IMG/VR virus record: IMGVR_UViG_2974649431_000001
Location: 92,282 to 156,281 of that record
DNA length: 64,000 nt
From: a virus
Lineage: Duplodnaviria > Heunggongvirae > Uroviricota > Caudoviricetes
Direction: 5' to 3' (one strand)
The translations under genes were made by a program, and so were the position numbers. Numbering within the stretch: position 1 is the first letter of the stretch; every line of letters starts with the position of its first letter. The notes under the pieces were generated by a model. That model saw only the letters and a program-made list of their open reading frames with translations. It did no database searches and had not been told where the DNA came from. Positions 1-9,154 of the stretch are shown one piece after another.

Positions 1-44
1 GGCTCCCTTCGCCGCCTTCCCTGCCAGTTTGATGAGTGATGCCA

Positions 45-422
45 TTAGTGTTCTAGGTTGTATCGAGGGGCTTCGCGGATCAAGAGATCGACGATCCTGT
101 GGTCCATTTCGGACTCATCTACCCGGGGCACGTCAGCCCGGAGGTACCAAAGAATGGCAGCGGCGATGCTGTAAAATTGGGGCTCGAAGAGGAGCCTGAT
201 GATCTCGTTCGTAGCGACCTTGCCGAAGCTATTAAGGGCCACTACGGTATTGTTCAGAGCGAGATGGTAGTTGATCTCGCCGGTCTTAGTGAACCGCAGG
301 CATTGCTTCCTGAGGATCATGAACAAGGCGTAGTCCTTAGCGAACTTCCCCTCGTTGAAGGCCCCGGGGCTGTAGAAGTGCTGTCGGGCGATCTCCGCAG
401 CCAATGCCTTTGGTTCACTCAT
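45..422 (-). CDS. hypothetical protein (125 aa)
   Basis: Intact minus-strand ORF; ATG at 420-422 two nt downstream of the stop of the upstream minus gene (operon-like). No recognisable motif. Confidence 0.45.
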   Translation of the reverse strand: MSEPKALAAEIARQHFYSPGAFNEGKFAKDYALFMILRKQCLRFTKTGEINYHLALNNTVVALNSFGKVATNEIIRLLFEPQFYSIAAAILWYLRADVPRVDESEMDHRIVDLLIREAPRYNLEH

Positions 423-425
423 GTC

Positions 426-878
426 TTAGGCTGCAGCGACTGCAGCAGTACCAGCGGACGTCGCGGATGCGGTGCCTGCGCTGTTGGTTGCCGTCACGGT
501 GACGGTGATGACTTGCCCTTGGTCAGCAGCCTGCAGGACGTAGGTCGTAGCGGTTGCGCCGCTGATGTTCACGCCGGCACGCTTCCACTGGCGCGTGTAG
601 GTCGGAGCAGGAGTGCCCGTCCATGTGCCGTTCGCAGCCGTCAAGGTCTGGCCGACAGTGGCTGTGCCGCTGATCGTCGGACGCACCGTGTTCTTGGGAG
701 CGTTGGGGTTGATGAACGCCTTCTTCCGCGAGTTGGGACGGTAGTAGGGCACCGGATTGTCCAGGCCGCGGATGCTGACGAGGTGCTCGCCAGTATCGGG
801 GTGCGCCCAGCCGATCTTGGTGGCAACGGCGTCGGGCACGTTCTTGGGTACGAGTTCTGTGAGTGGCGTGTGGGCCAT
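426..878 (-). CDS. hypothetical protein with Thr/Ala/Gly-rich C-terminus (possibly structural)
   Basis: Minus ORF 426..953; preferred start MAHTPLTEL at 878 avoids overlap with the divergent primase gene. C-terminal low-complexity T/A/G-rich region. Confidence 0.45.
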   Translation of the reverse strand: MAHTPLTELVPKNVPDAVATKIGWAHPDTGEHLVSIRGLDNPVPYYRPNSRKKAFINPNAPKNTVRPTISGTATVGQTLTAANGTWTGTPAPTYTRQWKRAGVNISGATATTYVLQAADQGQVITVTVTATNSAGTASATSAGTAAVAAA

Positions 879-927
879 TGCGTTTTCTCCGTTAAAATGG
901 TTGCAATGCAGATATTTAAGACATACG

Positions 928-2037
928 ATGTCGTGGTTTGATACAAAGTACATCAGCTTGATGTCGGTTCGCCTGGAGCGCTACAAGCAGACAGGTCCGA
1001 CAACGCACACCTTCCGCTGCCCCTACTGCGGGGACTCGCAATCCAAAAAGTCCAAGACGCGGGGCTACTTCTATCCGGTGAAGGACGCGATGCGCTTCAA
1101 GTGCCACAACTGTGGTGCGTCGCGCAGCATCCGGGACTTCATCAAGGAGATCTGCCCTGACCTCTATCGGGGGTATTTATTCGACTACTTCGGGCGCGCG
1201 GAGAAGCCCGAAACTGAAGTCGTACCGTCGGAGTTCAAGACGGCGAACATGAGCGCGCGCTTCAAGAAGAAGGAAGAGTTCCTCTCCAACTTCAAGGCCG
1301 TAGCGGCGCTGCCCGAGGACAACCCTGGGAGGGCTTACATCGAAGGCCGGATGATCCCCGAGAAGTGGTTCAACTCCATCTACTACGTGGAGGACGCCAA
1401 CGACGTGTTCTCCCGACTGGAAGCCTACAAGCACAAGACGTGGAAGCAAACCTTCGACGCCGTCATGGTGCCCTTCCACAGTCGAGAAGAGGATGGCTTC
1501 AAGCTGATGTATGTCCAGCTGCGGTTCCTCGGGGAAGACCCGCCGATCCGATACCTCACGCTGGAGGTCGACGGGGGCCACAAAGCGTGGGGGCTTGACC
1601 GCATCGACCCCACGAAACGGGTCTACATTTTGGAAGGGGCGTTTGACGCGATGTTCGTGGACAACGCTGTAGCCTGTGCAGGGTCGGACATCACTGCGCT
1701 GTCGGACTACTTCAAAGAGATCGGATGCGACGACGTGGTAGCAGTCTGGGACAGTGACTTCGCTACCAACGCTGACGTGAATGCGAAGCTGGTGGCAGCA
1801 GTTAATAAAGGCATGCCGGTGGTGCTCACCGGACCCGGGCTCCCTGGAAAGGACATCAATGCAGCGGTAAAGAATGGCTTCACCCCCGACTCGGTTATGC
1901 CATACCTAGCGTCGAGGCAGTTCGACGGATTGAGCGCTAGGCTTGAACTCACGAAATTCAAAGCACCTTCCAAACCTACCAAGGGCATCAATGCGCGCAC
2001 AACCCAAAAGAAAGTCAAGCAAGTTCCAACGTTCTGA
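928..2037 (+). CDS. DNA primase, T4 gp61-like (zinc ribbon + Toprim)
   Basis: N-terminal FRCPYCGDSQSKKSKTRGYFY...KCHNCGASRS zinc ribbon and EICPDLYRGYLFD are close to T4 gp61 (RCPVCGDSK...ARGWYY; EFEPDLYREYIFE). Toprim-like ILEGAFDAMF. Start at 928 (MSWFD, compare T4 MSSIPWID) chosen over 757. Confidence 0.85.
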   Translation: MSWFDTKYISLMSVRLERYKQTGPTTHTFRCPYCGDSQSKKSKTRGYFYPVKDAMRFKCHNCGASRSIRDFIKEICPDLYRGYLFDYFGRAEKPETEVVPSEFKTANMSARFKKKEEFLSNFKAVAALPEDNPGRAYIEGRMIPEKWFNSIYYVEDANDVFSRLEAYKHKTWKQTFDAVMVPFHSREEDGFKLMYVQLRFLGEDPPIRYLTLEVDGGHKAWGLDRIDPTKRVYILEGAFDAMFVDNAVACAGSDITALSDYFKEIGCDDVVAVWDSDFATNADVNAKLVAAVNKGMPVVLTGPGLPGKDINAAVKNGFTPDSVMPYLASRQFDGLSARLELTKFKAPSKPTKGINARTTQKKVKQVPTF

Positions 2038-2716
2038 ACGGTCAGAAACGGGACTGAACCAAATCAAGGACTTTCGCCCCCTGACCGACAACCAGGAACT
2101 CATGGAAGAAGAGTTCATGGACGGCAAACACCTTCTCACCGTGGGCTCCGCGGGCACGGGGAAGACCTATGTGGCGCTTGCCCTCGCCACTCGTGAAGTC
2201 CACGAAGGGCGTGCATCCAAAATCGTTATCGTGCGGTCTGCAGTACCCGTCCGTGACATCGGCTTCCTCCCCGGCGACGAGGCTGAGAAGATGGCTGCAT
2301 ACGAGCGCGCATACGGCCCCATCGTGAACGACATCTACGGCCGCGACGACGCCTACGGCATTCTGAAGAACAAGGGTGTCATCAAGTTCGAGCCGACCAG
2401 CTTCATGCGGGGCATGACCTGGGACGACACCATCGTCATTGCAGACGAGATCGAGAACTTCAGCTATGCCGAAGTGAACACGCTGATGACCCGGATGGGC
2501 CGCAACACGCGCGTCATCCTCTGCGGCGACATCGTGCAGAACGACTTGGGTCGGGAAGACAGTGGGTACCATCTTCTCATGACCGTCGTGCCCAAAATGA
2601 CGCGTAACTTCGCTATAATCAAGATGGGTCACGATGACATCGTCCGTAGCCCACTCGTGAAGGAATGGATCATCAACGTCGAGCGCCATTCCGACTTCTA
2701 CAAAACCAAACGGTAA
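1991..2716 (+). CDS. phoH: PhoH-like ATPase
   Basis: Walker A GSAGTGKTY preceded by LTDNQ, as in PhoH; Walker B VIADEIEN. Start uncertain (ATG 1943, 1991 or 2102); the gene overlaps the primase 3' end. Confidence 0.75.
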   Translation: MRAQPKRKSSKFQRSERSETGLNQIKDFRPLTDNQELMEEEFMDGKHLLTVGSAGTGKTYVALALATREVHEGRASKIVIVRSAVPVRDIGFLPGDEAEKMAAYERAYGPIVNDIYGRDDAYGILKNKGVIKFEPTSFMRGMTWDDTIVIADEIENFSYAEVNTLMTRMGRNTRVILCGDIVQNDLGREDSGYHLLMTVVPKMTRNFAIIKMGHDDIVRSPLVKEWIINVERHSDFYKTKR

Positions 2717-2720
2717 CACC

Positions 2721-2909
2721 ATGGGTCGCAGCTATAAGGATCGGGCTGCGGTCGTCAACAATTGGGAGCGCCGCCTCTCCAATGACGACCGCAACAACAA
2801 GACGCGGGGGCGTGTCCCCCTCAGCAAAGTGACAGTCAGGGAAGAAGACTTCCTCGACGACGAGCCTTATGAAGACCAACCGGAAGGGATGGAAAATTCT
2901 ACTCTTTGA
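2721..2909 (+). CDS. hypothetical small protein (62 aa)
   Basis: ORF immediately after the phoH stop. It overlaps the rnh start by 41 nt and may be spurious. Confidence 0.2.
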   Translation: MGRSYKDRAAVVNNWERRLSNDDRNNKTRGRVPLSKVTVREEDFLDDEPYEDQPEGMENSTL

Positions 2910-3777
2910 CGCAAACAACCTTTTCTTCAAGACTGTGCTCGAGTTCCATAACAGGACAGGCGAGCAGGTCAGTATGGACACCACGAGGCGGCTTCTCGTC
3001 TCCTCGCTGGCAGGTGAATACCGCAAGTTCAAGTCCGCGCGTGCAGTCGGCGGTGCTGTGCTCGCATTCGACGACAAGAACTACTGGCGCCGCGAATACT
3101 TCCAGCACTACAAGGCAGCACGGGCGAAGGGCCGGGCTGACAGTACGTTCGACTGGAACAACTTCTTCTCGCACTACAACCGTTTCAAAGAAGAACTGGC
3201 GGAGAATTTCCCGCTGCAGTCCCTCCAAGTGCACGGGGCTGAGGCCGACGACATCATCGCAGTGCTCGCCCTGCGATACGCGCCCCAAGGCGAGGTCGTC
3301 ATCTGGTCCAGCGACACTGACGACCTCCAGCTGCAGAACATCGACCCTTCCATCAAGCAATACAGCTATGTGAAGAAGAAGATGATCACGCCCAAGTCCG
3401 AGGGCTACACGCTCTTCGAACACGTGGTGCGAGGCGACGCTGGCGACGGCATCCCCAACATCCTCAGCGCGTCCGATCACTTCGTGCAGGCCGCAGCGAA
3501 CCCCGAGAAGAAGATGCGGCAGAAGAGCGTCATGACGGCTTCCATCCAGGACTGGGAAGCGCACGGGCTGAAGAATCCCGAGAAGTTCTGCACCTCGGAG
3601 GAGATGCTCCGACGGTTCAAGGAAAACCGCACTCTGGTGGACTACCGCTACATCCCCGCCGACCTGGCGAGCCGGATCGTGGACGCCCACGAGGAAACCA
3701 AAATCGCCAAGGGCAAGGTCTTCAACTACCTGGTCGAGAACCGGCTGACCAACGTGCTCGCAGAAGGAGCGTTCTGA
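2869..3777 (+). CDS. rnh: RNase H / 5'-3' flap exonuclease (T4 rnh family)
   Basis: ILLFDANN; YWRREYFQHYKAARAKGRADSTFDW matches T4 RNase H YWRRDFAYYYKKNRGKAREESTWDW; EADDIIAVL, SSDTDDLQL and a C-terminal RLTN motif are present. Confidence 0.85.
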   Translation: MKTNRKGWKILLFDANNLFFKTVLEFHNRTGEQVSMDTTRRLLVSSLAGEYRKFKSARAVGGAVLAFDDKNYWRREYFQHYKAARAKGRADSTFDWNNFFSHYNRFKEELAENFPLQSLQVHGAEADDIIAVLALRYAPQGEVVIWSSDTDDLQLQNIDPSIKQYSYVKKKMITPKSEGYTLFEHVVRGDAGDGIPNILSASDHFVQAAANPEKKMRQKSVMTASIQDWEAHGLKNPEKFCTSEEMLRRFKENRTLVDYRYIPADLASRIVDAHEETKIAKGKVFNYLVENRLTNVLAEGAF

Positions 3778-4034
3778 TGCCCTACTACACCTACAAATGC
3801 CAGGAGTGTGGGGCGTCTGAGTCCCGCTATGCGAAGATCAGCGACCGCGACGCCCTCGTGGGAAGCGGCTGCGCGATGACCGATGGGTGTGACGGACAGC
3901 TCATTCGCCCTGTGGAGATGCCCGGCTTCACTTCCAGCGAGAGCCTGGGTCGCATCAAGGCTCCCCAAGAGTTCCGCGACCTTCTCAAACAGATGAAGAA
4001 GGACAACCCCGGCAGCACCATCAACGAGCGCTAA
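3777..4034 (+). CDS. FmdB-family zinc ribbon protein
   Basis: MPYYTYKCQECG...GSGCAMTDGCDG: paired CxxC as in the FmdB putative regulatory zinc-ribbon family. Confidence 0.55.
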   Translation: MPYYTYKCQECGASESRYAKISDRDALVGSGCAMTDGCDGQLIRPVEMPGFTSSESLGRIKAPQEFRDLLKQMKKDNPGSTINER

Positions 4035-4035
4035 A

Positions 4036-4272
4036 ATGTCCATTCTGCTGTTCCTCACTGTCGTGCATCTCGCTTCGGCGATTTGCTTTGCATGGCCCGC
4101 TGTGGCCCCACTGTACGATCTCTGGAAGACTTCCGGATCGGCAAACGCGATTGGCTCGGGCCTCATGGTCCTGGTGATCGCGCTGACCCCCGTCTATAAC
4201 CTCTATGGTTACCTGCGGTACGAAAGCATCTACTTCTATGCAGCTAAGGACAACGAAGACGAAGACGCGTAA
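4036..4272 (+). CDS. small membrane protein (2 predicted TM segments)
   Basis: Hydrophobic segments LLFLTVVHLASAICFAW and LMVLVIALTPVYNL. Confidence 0.45.
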   Translation: MSILLFLTVVHLASAICFAWPAVAPLYDLWKTSGSANAIGSGLMVLVIALTPVYNLYGYLRYESIYFYAAKDNEDEDA

Positions 4273-4756
4273 CGCAGTCATCGCACTCACCCTTCTCTTT
4301 TCGCCCCTCGCGGCGTCAACCGATGTGATCGGGGACTGGATCGACAAGTTCGTCTACAGTAGTCCCCGCGTCGCTTCCTACGACAAGGAGGCACACTGCC
4401 TGGCGCGTGTCATCTACCACGAAGCTCGTGGAGAACCCCTCAAAGGGAAGATGGCAGTGGCGCAGGTAGCGCTGAACAGGACGCAGCACCCGGAGTTCCC
4501 TTCTGCGGTCTGCGACGTCATCAACCAGAAGAACGCTTTCCCCTGGGCACGCAAGCCGACGCCGACCAAGTCGAAGGCCTTTGCAGAAGCCAAGAAGCTG
4601 GCCGTGGAAGTCATGACCTACCACATGAATGGAATCGAGTGGGGTCCTGCCAAAACACGTGACGCTCTTTTTTTCAACACGGTCGCTTTCAACTATAAGC
4701 GTTTACAATATAGGGCTAGGATAGGTAGTCACCTGTTCTACGCAATCAAGGAGTAG
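4238..4756 (+). CDS. SleB-like cell wall hydrolase (Hydrolase_2 family) with signal peptide
   Basis: CLARVIYHEARGE...AVAQVALNR signature of SleB/CwlJ-type hydrolases. N-terminal basic region then AVIALTLLFSPLAAS signal-like segment. Start 4238 chosen; it overlaps the upstream gene by 35 nt. Confidence 0.6.
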   Translation: MQLRTTKTKTRNAVIALTLLFSPLAASTDVIGDWIDKFVYSSPRVASYDKEAHCLARVIYHEARGEPLKGKMAVAQVALNRTQHPEFPSAVCDVINQKNAFPWARKPTPTKSKAFAEAKKLAVEVMTYHMNGIEWGPAKTRDALFFNTVAFNYKRLQYRARIGSHLFYAIKE

Positions 4757-4758
4757 GC

Positions 4759-4992
4759 TTGCCATCGTATAGCGAAGAGATTTTGTCAAAGGTCATTGCC
4801 ATCGCAGAGCGTGACCGCGTGGGCTTGTTCGATGCCTGCGTGACCTACTGCGAAGAGGAAGACCTGGAAGTCGAAGAAGTGGTGCCCTACCTGGACGCCA
4901 ATGCGATTTCCCAGCTACGGCAATCCGCACTGGACCTCAACAAGGTGAGGAAGTGCGTCGAGGTTCCAGGCAATGCGCTGGAATTTGAATGA
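4759..4992 (+). CDS. hypothetical acidic protein (77 aa)
   Basis: ORF with consistent codon bias, no motif. Confidence 0.4.
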   Translation: MPSYSEEILSKVIAIAERDRVGLFDACVTYCEEEDLEVEEVVPYLDANAISQLRQSALDLNKVRKCVEVPGNALEFE

Positions 4993-5599
4993 ACCGAACG
5001 AGGCACTTCGAGCATTCAGCGACTACGTAGGCCTCAAGCTTCACTTCAGCGGCGACCTTGTGTGGAAGCCAGAGTTGAAGCTTCGTCTGACAGAGGAGTC
5101 GCTGGGGAAGCGTCGCGATGCGATATACTTCCACCGGGCAGCAGTCAAGTACAAGCGCCGAGGCGACTACGTTGACCTGCTCGTCAGCTCGTTCTTCAGG
5201 AACCGAGACTTCTGGATTGGTGACCTGGAGCACCAAGAAAACATCGCTGCCCACAAGACGCGCATGCGTAGCGCGGGCGCGCTGCTGCACACGTTCAAGA
5301 CGGACGTGGACAATATCGCCGAGTACATGGAGACCAACGGCGTGGACATCAAGGGCTTGCTTGCAGGTGATGGAGTGCCACGCATCATCCGCGACCAACG
5401 CAAGATTTTTGGAGGCGTGACCAATGAAACACTAGCTACCCTGGACAACTTCTTTGATTACTGTTCGAGGGTCAAGACCAACGACCCCCTGTGGAATGAT
5501 CACGCGACGGCTTTGAGCCGGTATAAATACTTCTGTAGGCCCGACAAGGACTCCAAACCGGAGTTTGAGAAGTGCGTCTACAAACTACTGGGCACCTAG
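4973..5599 (+). CDS. gp59-like helicase-loading protein
   Basis: RNRDFWIGDLEHQENIAAH resembles T4 gp59 NQDAWIGDISDADALVFY. Its position directly upstream of the gp32 SSB matches T4 gene order. Confidence 0.6.
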   Translation: MRWNLNEPNEALRAFSDYVGLKLHFSGDLVWKPELKLRLTEESLGKRRDAIYFHRAAVKYKRRGDYVDLLVSSFFRNRDFWIGDLEHQENIAAHKTRMRSAGALLHTFKTDVDNIAEYMETNGVDIKGLLAGDGVPRIIRDQRKIFGGVTNETLATLDNFFDYCSRVKTNDPLWNDHATALSRYKYFCRPDKDSKPEFEKCVYKLLGT

Positions 5600-5653
5600 G
5601 CCGCTGAGCCGTAATAGCCCGAATACTGCAACGAAAGAGAGAACCTAAGACAC

Positions 5654-6625
5654 ATGTCATTCGCAAAACTGAAGAAATCCTCCCAAGGCGCCATCGACTC
5701 GATCAGCAAGAAGTTCGAGGAAGACAAGAACGGCGGCTTCGCCAAAGACGACCGCTTCTGGAAGCTGGACGTCGACAAGTCCGGTAACGGCATGGCAACG
5801 ATTCGCTTCCTCCCCGCACCAGGCGACGAGGAAAGCCCGTACGTGAAGCGCTTCGAATACTTCGTGAGGTTCGGCCAGCGCTTCTACGTGGAGAACTGCC
5901 GTACGACGCTGGGAGAGAAGGATCCGATGAACGAGCACTTCTTCAAGGTGCGCGGCAAGGATCCCAGCGAAGCGCAGAAGACTGCTGCACGCCAGTTCAG
6001 CCGGTCGACCAACTACATCGCCAACATCTACGTGGTCGATGACCCCAAGCACCCCGAGAACAACGGCAAGGTGTTCCTCTACAAGTTCGGCTCGCGAATC
6101 TTCCAGAAGCTGGAAGGCGCAATCCGTCCGGAGTTCGACGACGAGAAGCCGTTCAACCCGTTCGACCTGTGGAGCGGCGCCAACTTCAAGCTGAAGGCAC
6201 GCACGCTGGACGGTCAGCGCAGCTACGACAAGTCGGGCTTCGAGGCCTGCGGTCCGCTCAGCGACGATGACGACGAGCTGGAAAAGATCTGGAAGAGCGA
6301 GCACAGCCTGGCCGCCGAAGTCGCAGCAGACAAGTTCAAGTCCTACGACGAGCTGAAGAAGAAGCTGGACGACCTGCTGGGCGAGGCCGACAACAAGAGC
6401 GAAGAGAAGCAAGCCGATCGCACCCGCGAGCGCCTGGCGGCCCGCAACGACGACGAACCCGACGGGGCTCGTCGCAAGTCCGAGTCCAAGCCGGCTACGC
6501 GTGCCGTCCCGGAAGACGACGATGACGACGCACCGCAGAAGCCGGCGAAAGCAAGCAAGCCGGCAGCAGACGACGGTGACGACGATGACTTCGCGCGCTT
6601 CAAGAGCGCACTGTTCGAAGACTGA
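5654..6625 (+). CDS. single-stranded DNA-binding protein, T4 gp32 family
   Basis: FWKLDVDKSGNGMATIRFLP matches gp32 WKLKLDNAGNGQAVIRFLP. Acidic C-terminal tail DDGDDDDF as in gp32. Confidence 0.9.
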   Translation: MSFAKLKKSSQGAIDSISKKFEEDKNGGFAKDDRFWKLDVDKSGNGMATIRFLPAPGDEESPYVKRFEYFVRFGQRFYVENCRTTLGEKDPMNEHFFKVRGKDPSEAQKTAARQFSRSTNYIANIYVVDDPKHPENNGKVFLYKFGSRIFQKLEGAIRPEFDDEKPFNPFDLWSGANFKLKARTLDGQRSYDKSGFEACGPLSDDDDELEKIWKSEHSLAAEVAADKFKSYDELKKKLDDLLGEADNKSEEKQADRTRERLAARNDDEPDGARRKSESKPATRAVPEDDDDDAPQKPAKASKPAADDGDDDDFARFKSALFED

Positions 6626-6630
6626 TCGAT

Positions 6631-6657
6631 GAGGGGGCCCTTCGGGGCTCCCGTTTA
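6631..6657 (+). terminator. intrinsic terminator-like hairpin after the SSB gene
   Basis: GGGGGCCC-ttcg-GGGCTCCC stem (1 mismatch) followed by GTTTAG. Confidence 0.4.
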
Positions 6658-6658
6658 G

Positions 6659-7255
6659 ATGAGCGAAGACGCAATCACCCACCTTTGTTTTGACACCGAG
6701 ACCCTCGCCATCACGCCGAACGCTGTGGTGCTGAGTATCGCGGTCGTGCCATTCCAGTTCGAAAATCCCGTGAGCTTCCGCCAACTCGTGAAGGGTGGCT
6801 TCTACGCGAAGCTCAGCGTGGAGGACCAGGTGCGCAAGTACAAGCGGTCCATCGACCCTGACACCGTCGCATGGTGGAAAGCCCAAGGTGCTGAGGCCCG
6901 TGCCGTGCTGAAGCCCAGCGATGAAGATCTCACGCTGGAGGAGCTTGTCCAAGAGATGGGCGCCTTCATCAAGGCCAGTGGCTACAGCTGGAAGAAGTCC
7001 TATGTCTGGTCGCGAGGCAACACCTTCGACTTCGGCAAGATCGAGAGCATGTACGGCAACCTCGGTCTGAAGGAACCTTACAACACCTTCATGCAGCGTG
7101 ACATCCGCACCATGATCGATTGCCTGACGGGCAGTTCCAACGGCAAAGCCAAGCCGCAAGGAGAACGGGATGGGTTCGTCGCCCACAACTGTCTCCATGA
7201 CGCTGCGAATGACGCGGCAACAATGACGGAAATTTTCCAAGCACTTTCGGAGTAA
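6659..7255 (+). CDS. dexA: exonuclease A (DexA-like DEDDh 3'-5' exonuclease)
   Basis: FDTETL; WWKAQGAEARAVLKPSDEDL vs T4 DexA WWKNQSPEARKNIAPSDEDV; MQRDIRTMID vs NQRDIRTRIE; DGFVAHNCLHDAAND vs DGFVAHDSIHDCAKD. Confidence 0.8.
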   Translation: MSEDAITHLCFDTETLAITPNAVVLSIAVVPFQFENPVSFRQLVKGGFYAKLSVEDQVRKYKRSIDPDTVAWWKAQGAEARAVLKPSDEDLTLEELVQEMGAFIKASGYSWKKSYVWSRGNTFDFGKIESMYGNLGLKEPYNTFMQRDIRTMIDCLTGSSNGKAKPQGERDGFVAHNCLHDAANDAATMTEIFQALSE

Positions 7256-7257
7256 CC

Positions 7258-7461
7258 ATGATACTACATGAAGACCAACTGTACGATGCACAGACGCGCC
7301 AATCGGTGCTGGCAGCGACCCTGGGTAACCTCGCGCAGGTCGGTTCCATGCTGAACCAAACGAACGGCTCCAGCTACCGTGAGCTGAAGGCCATCTACGA
7401 CGACGTCCTCGCGGTCGCCAAGTTCCACGCAGCCGATGCACGGAAGGCGCAGGAGGCCTGA
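7258..7461 (+). CDS. hypothetical protein (67 aa)
   Basis: Small ORF between dexA and rdgC. Confidence 0.4.
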   Translation: MILHEDQLYDAQTRQSVLAATLGNLAQVGSMLNQTNGSSYRELKAIYDDVLAVAKFHAADARKAQEA

Positions 7462-8366
7462 TGTTCAAGAACGCCATCATCTACCGCATCGGCTCCAGCT
7501 GGCAAGCCACGCAGGAGGAAGTCGAAGAGGCCCTGCAGAAAGCCCCGTTCCTGGACTGCGGTGCCACGCAAGAGAAGTCCATGGGCTGGGTGCCTCCCCG
7601 CGGTGAAGACCACGGCGCACTGGCAGAGTCCATCAACGGCCAGTGGATCCTGAAGTTCCGCCAGGAGACCAAGTCCGTTCCTGGAAGCGTGCTGGCGCGC
7701 AAGGTCGCCGAGAAGGCTGCGCGCATCGAGCGCGAGACCGGTCGCAAGCCCGGCAAGAAGGAAACCCGCGAGCTGAAGGAAGAGGCGAAGCTGGATCTGC
7801 TGCCCTATGCTTTCACGAAGCTGAAGGGCATGTGGGTGTGGATCGACATCAAGGCAGGGCTTCTCGTCCTGGACACTTCCAGCCAAGGCTTCGCGGACAC
7901 CGTGGTCTCGCTGCTGGTCGAGCTTCTGCCTGGTCTCAGCGTGGCGCTGCTCGACACGAAAATCAGCCCACCCACCGCGATGTCTGAATGGCTCAGCACC
8001 CAAGAGCCACCCACGGGTTTCAGCATCGATCGGGAGTGCGAGCTGAAGAGCAACGACGAGAGCAAGGCGGGCGTCCGCTATGCACGACATCCGCTGGACA
8101 TTGACGAGATTCGTGATCACGTTGCTGCCGGCAAGATCGTGACGCGCCTCGCGCTGACCTGGGACGACCGCGTGAGTTTCACTCTGACCAACGACCTGAA
8201 GGTCACCAAGATGAAGTTCATGGACACGGTCTTCGACGGCGTCTCCAAGGACGACTCGGGCTTTGACGTGGACGTCGCGATCCTCACCGGAGAGCTGTCC
8301 AAGATGATCCCCAACCTCATCCAAGCACTCGGCGGCGAAGGGCGCGAAGCATGGCTGGAGAAGTGA
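7461..8366 (+). CDS. rdgC: recombination-associated protein RdgC
   Basis: MFKNAIIYRI...MGWVPP...GQWIL, LLPYAF, KIVTRLALTWDDRVSFTL, ILTGELSKMIPNLIQALGGE align along the whole length with E. coli RdgC. Confidence 0.85.
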   Translation: MFKNAIIYRIGSSWQATQEEVEEALQKAPFLDCGATQEKSMGWVPPRGEDHGALAESINGQWILKFRQETKSVPGSVLARKVAEKAARIERETGRKPGKKETRELKEEAKLDLLPYAFTKLKGMWVWIDIKAGLLVLDTSSQGFADTVVSLLVELLPGLSVALLDTKISPPTAMSEWLSTQEPPTGFSIDRECELKSNDESKAGVRYARHPLDIDEIRDHVAAGKIVTRLALTWDDRVSFTLTNDLKVTKMKFMDTVFDGVSKDDSGFDVDVAILTGELSKMIPNLIQALGGEGREAWLEK

Positions 8367-8623
8367 ACGTGGATCTGCTGGCAATCGGCGGGCTGCCCGT
8401 CATGGGCGTCCAATACCATCGGTTCCCCGGTACGACCGTCACGGTGTGTGCACTCACTCTGGAAAACGGCTTCACGGTCGTCGGCATGAGTGCTGCTGCC
8501 GACCCCAACCTCTTCGATGCCGATAAGGGCATGAAGTTCGCGTTCGAAGACGCGACGCAAAAGGTCTGGGACTTCGCAGCCTTCGAGATGCGCCGTAAGG
8601 CCCATGAAGGCCAGCAAGCCTAA
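8351..8623 (+). CDS. hypothetical phage protein (90 aa)
   Basis: ORF with small overlap at both ends. Confidence 0.45.
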   Translation: MAGEVNVDLLAIGGLPVMGVQYHRFPGTTVTVCALTLENGFTVVGMSAAADPNLFDADKGMKFAFEDATQKVWDFAAFEMRRKAHEGQQA

Positions 8624-9125
8624 GTGGAATTCGGGACTGGTGTCGCAGATGGTCTTCCAGCAAGTGCTGAAGTCCTCCGCGATGCTGGTCGTGCCGAACT
8701 GCTACTGGACGGGATACGAGTGCGACTTGCTCGCCATCGAAAAGGGAATGCGCATCATCGACATCGAGGTGAAGATCAGCAGGGCTGACTTGAAAGCCGA
8801 CATGAAGAAGGACAAATGGTGGCATACCCTCAGCTGGAGGTGCGAGGGACCGCCGAATCCCCGTCCATGGCCTCCCAAGGTGTGGAAGCACTGGTTCGCA
8901 CTCCCCGAGGGCATCTGGGACGACTCGCTCTACAGCAGCATCCCTGCCAACAGCGGGGTCATGTTGATGGAGGACAACCGGCAGCGCATCCGCATTGCAC
9001 GCGCACCACGTCCCAACAGGGATGCACCCAAAATCGAAGCAGCTGACGCGATCAACCTTGCGAGGCTGTCCAACTACCGACTCTGGGGCGCACAGCAGCG
9101 CATCTGGGAACTTGAAGGGGCGTAA
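8604..9125 (+). CDS. putative PD-(D/E)xK-type nuclease (MmcB-like)
   Basis: ECDLLAIEKGMRIIDIEVKISRADLKAD resembles the D...E-V-K core of PD-(D/E)xK / MmcB-like nucleases. Inference only. Confidence 0.4.
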   Translation: MKASKPKWNSGLVSQMVFQQVLKSSAMLVVPNCYWTGYECDLLAIEKGMRIIDIEVKISRADLKADMKKDKWWHTLSWRCEGPPNPRPWPPKVWKHWFALPEGIWDDSLYSSIPANSGVMLMEDNRQRIRIARAPRPNRDAPKIEAADAINLARLSNYRLWGAQQRIWELEGA

Positions 9126-9139
9126 GCCCTTTCTTTTTG
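9115..9139 (+). terminator. rho-independent terminator
   Basis: aaGGGGC-gtaa-GCCCtt stem followed by TTCTTTTTG. Confidence 0.6.
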
Positions 9140-9154
9140 ACTGGGCTTGTTTTC

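Noticed and set aside
99-941. Plus-strand 280-aa ORF overlapping both minus-strand genes at the window start.
   Set aside because: It is antisense to two coherent minus-strand ORFs in operon arrangement, its translation is low-complexity, and there is no RBS.
5657-7480. Very long minus-strand ORF (607 aa) and similar long antisense ORFs (8472..9794, 11702..13117, 20949..22295, 39539..40936, 52676..54379).
   Set aside because: These are GC-rich shadow ORFs. Their translations are Arg/Ala/Gly/Val-rich low-complexity sequences lying antisense to well-supported genes (gp32, DexA, Nampt, NrdA and others). Stop-poor antisense frames are expected at 60% GC.
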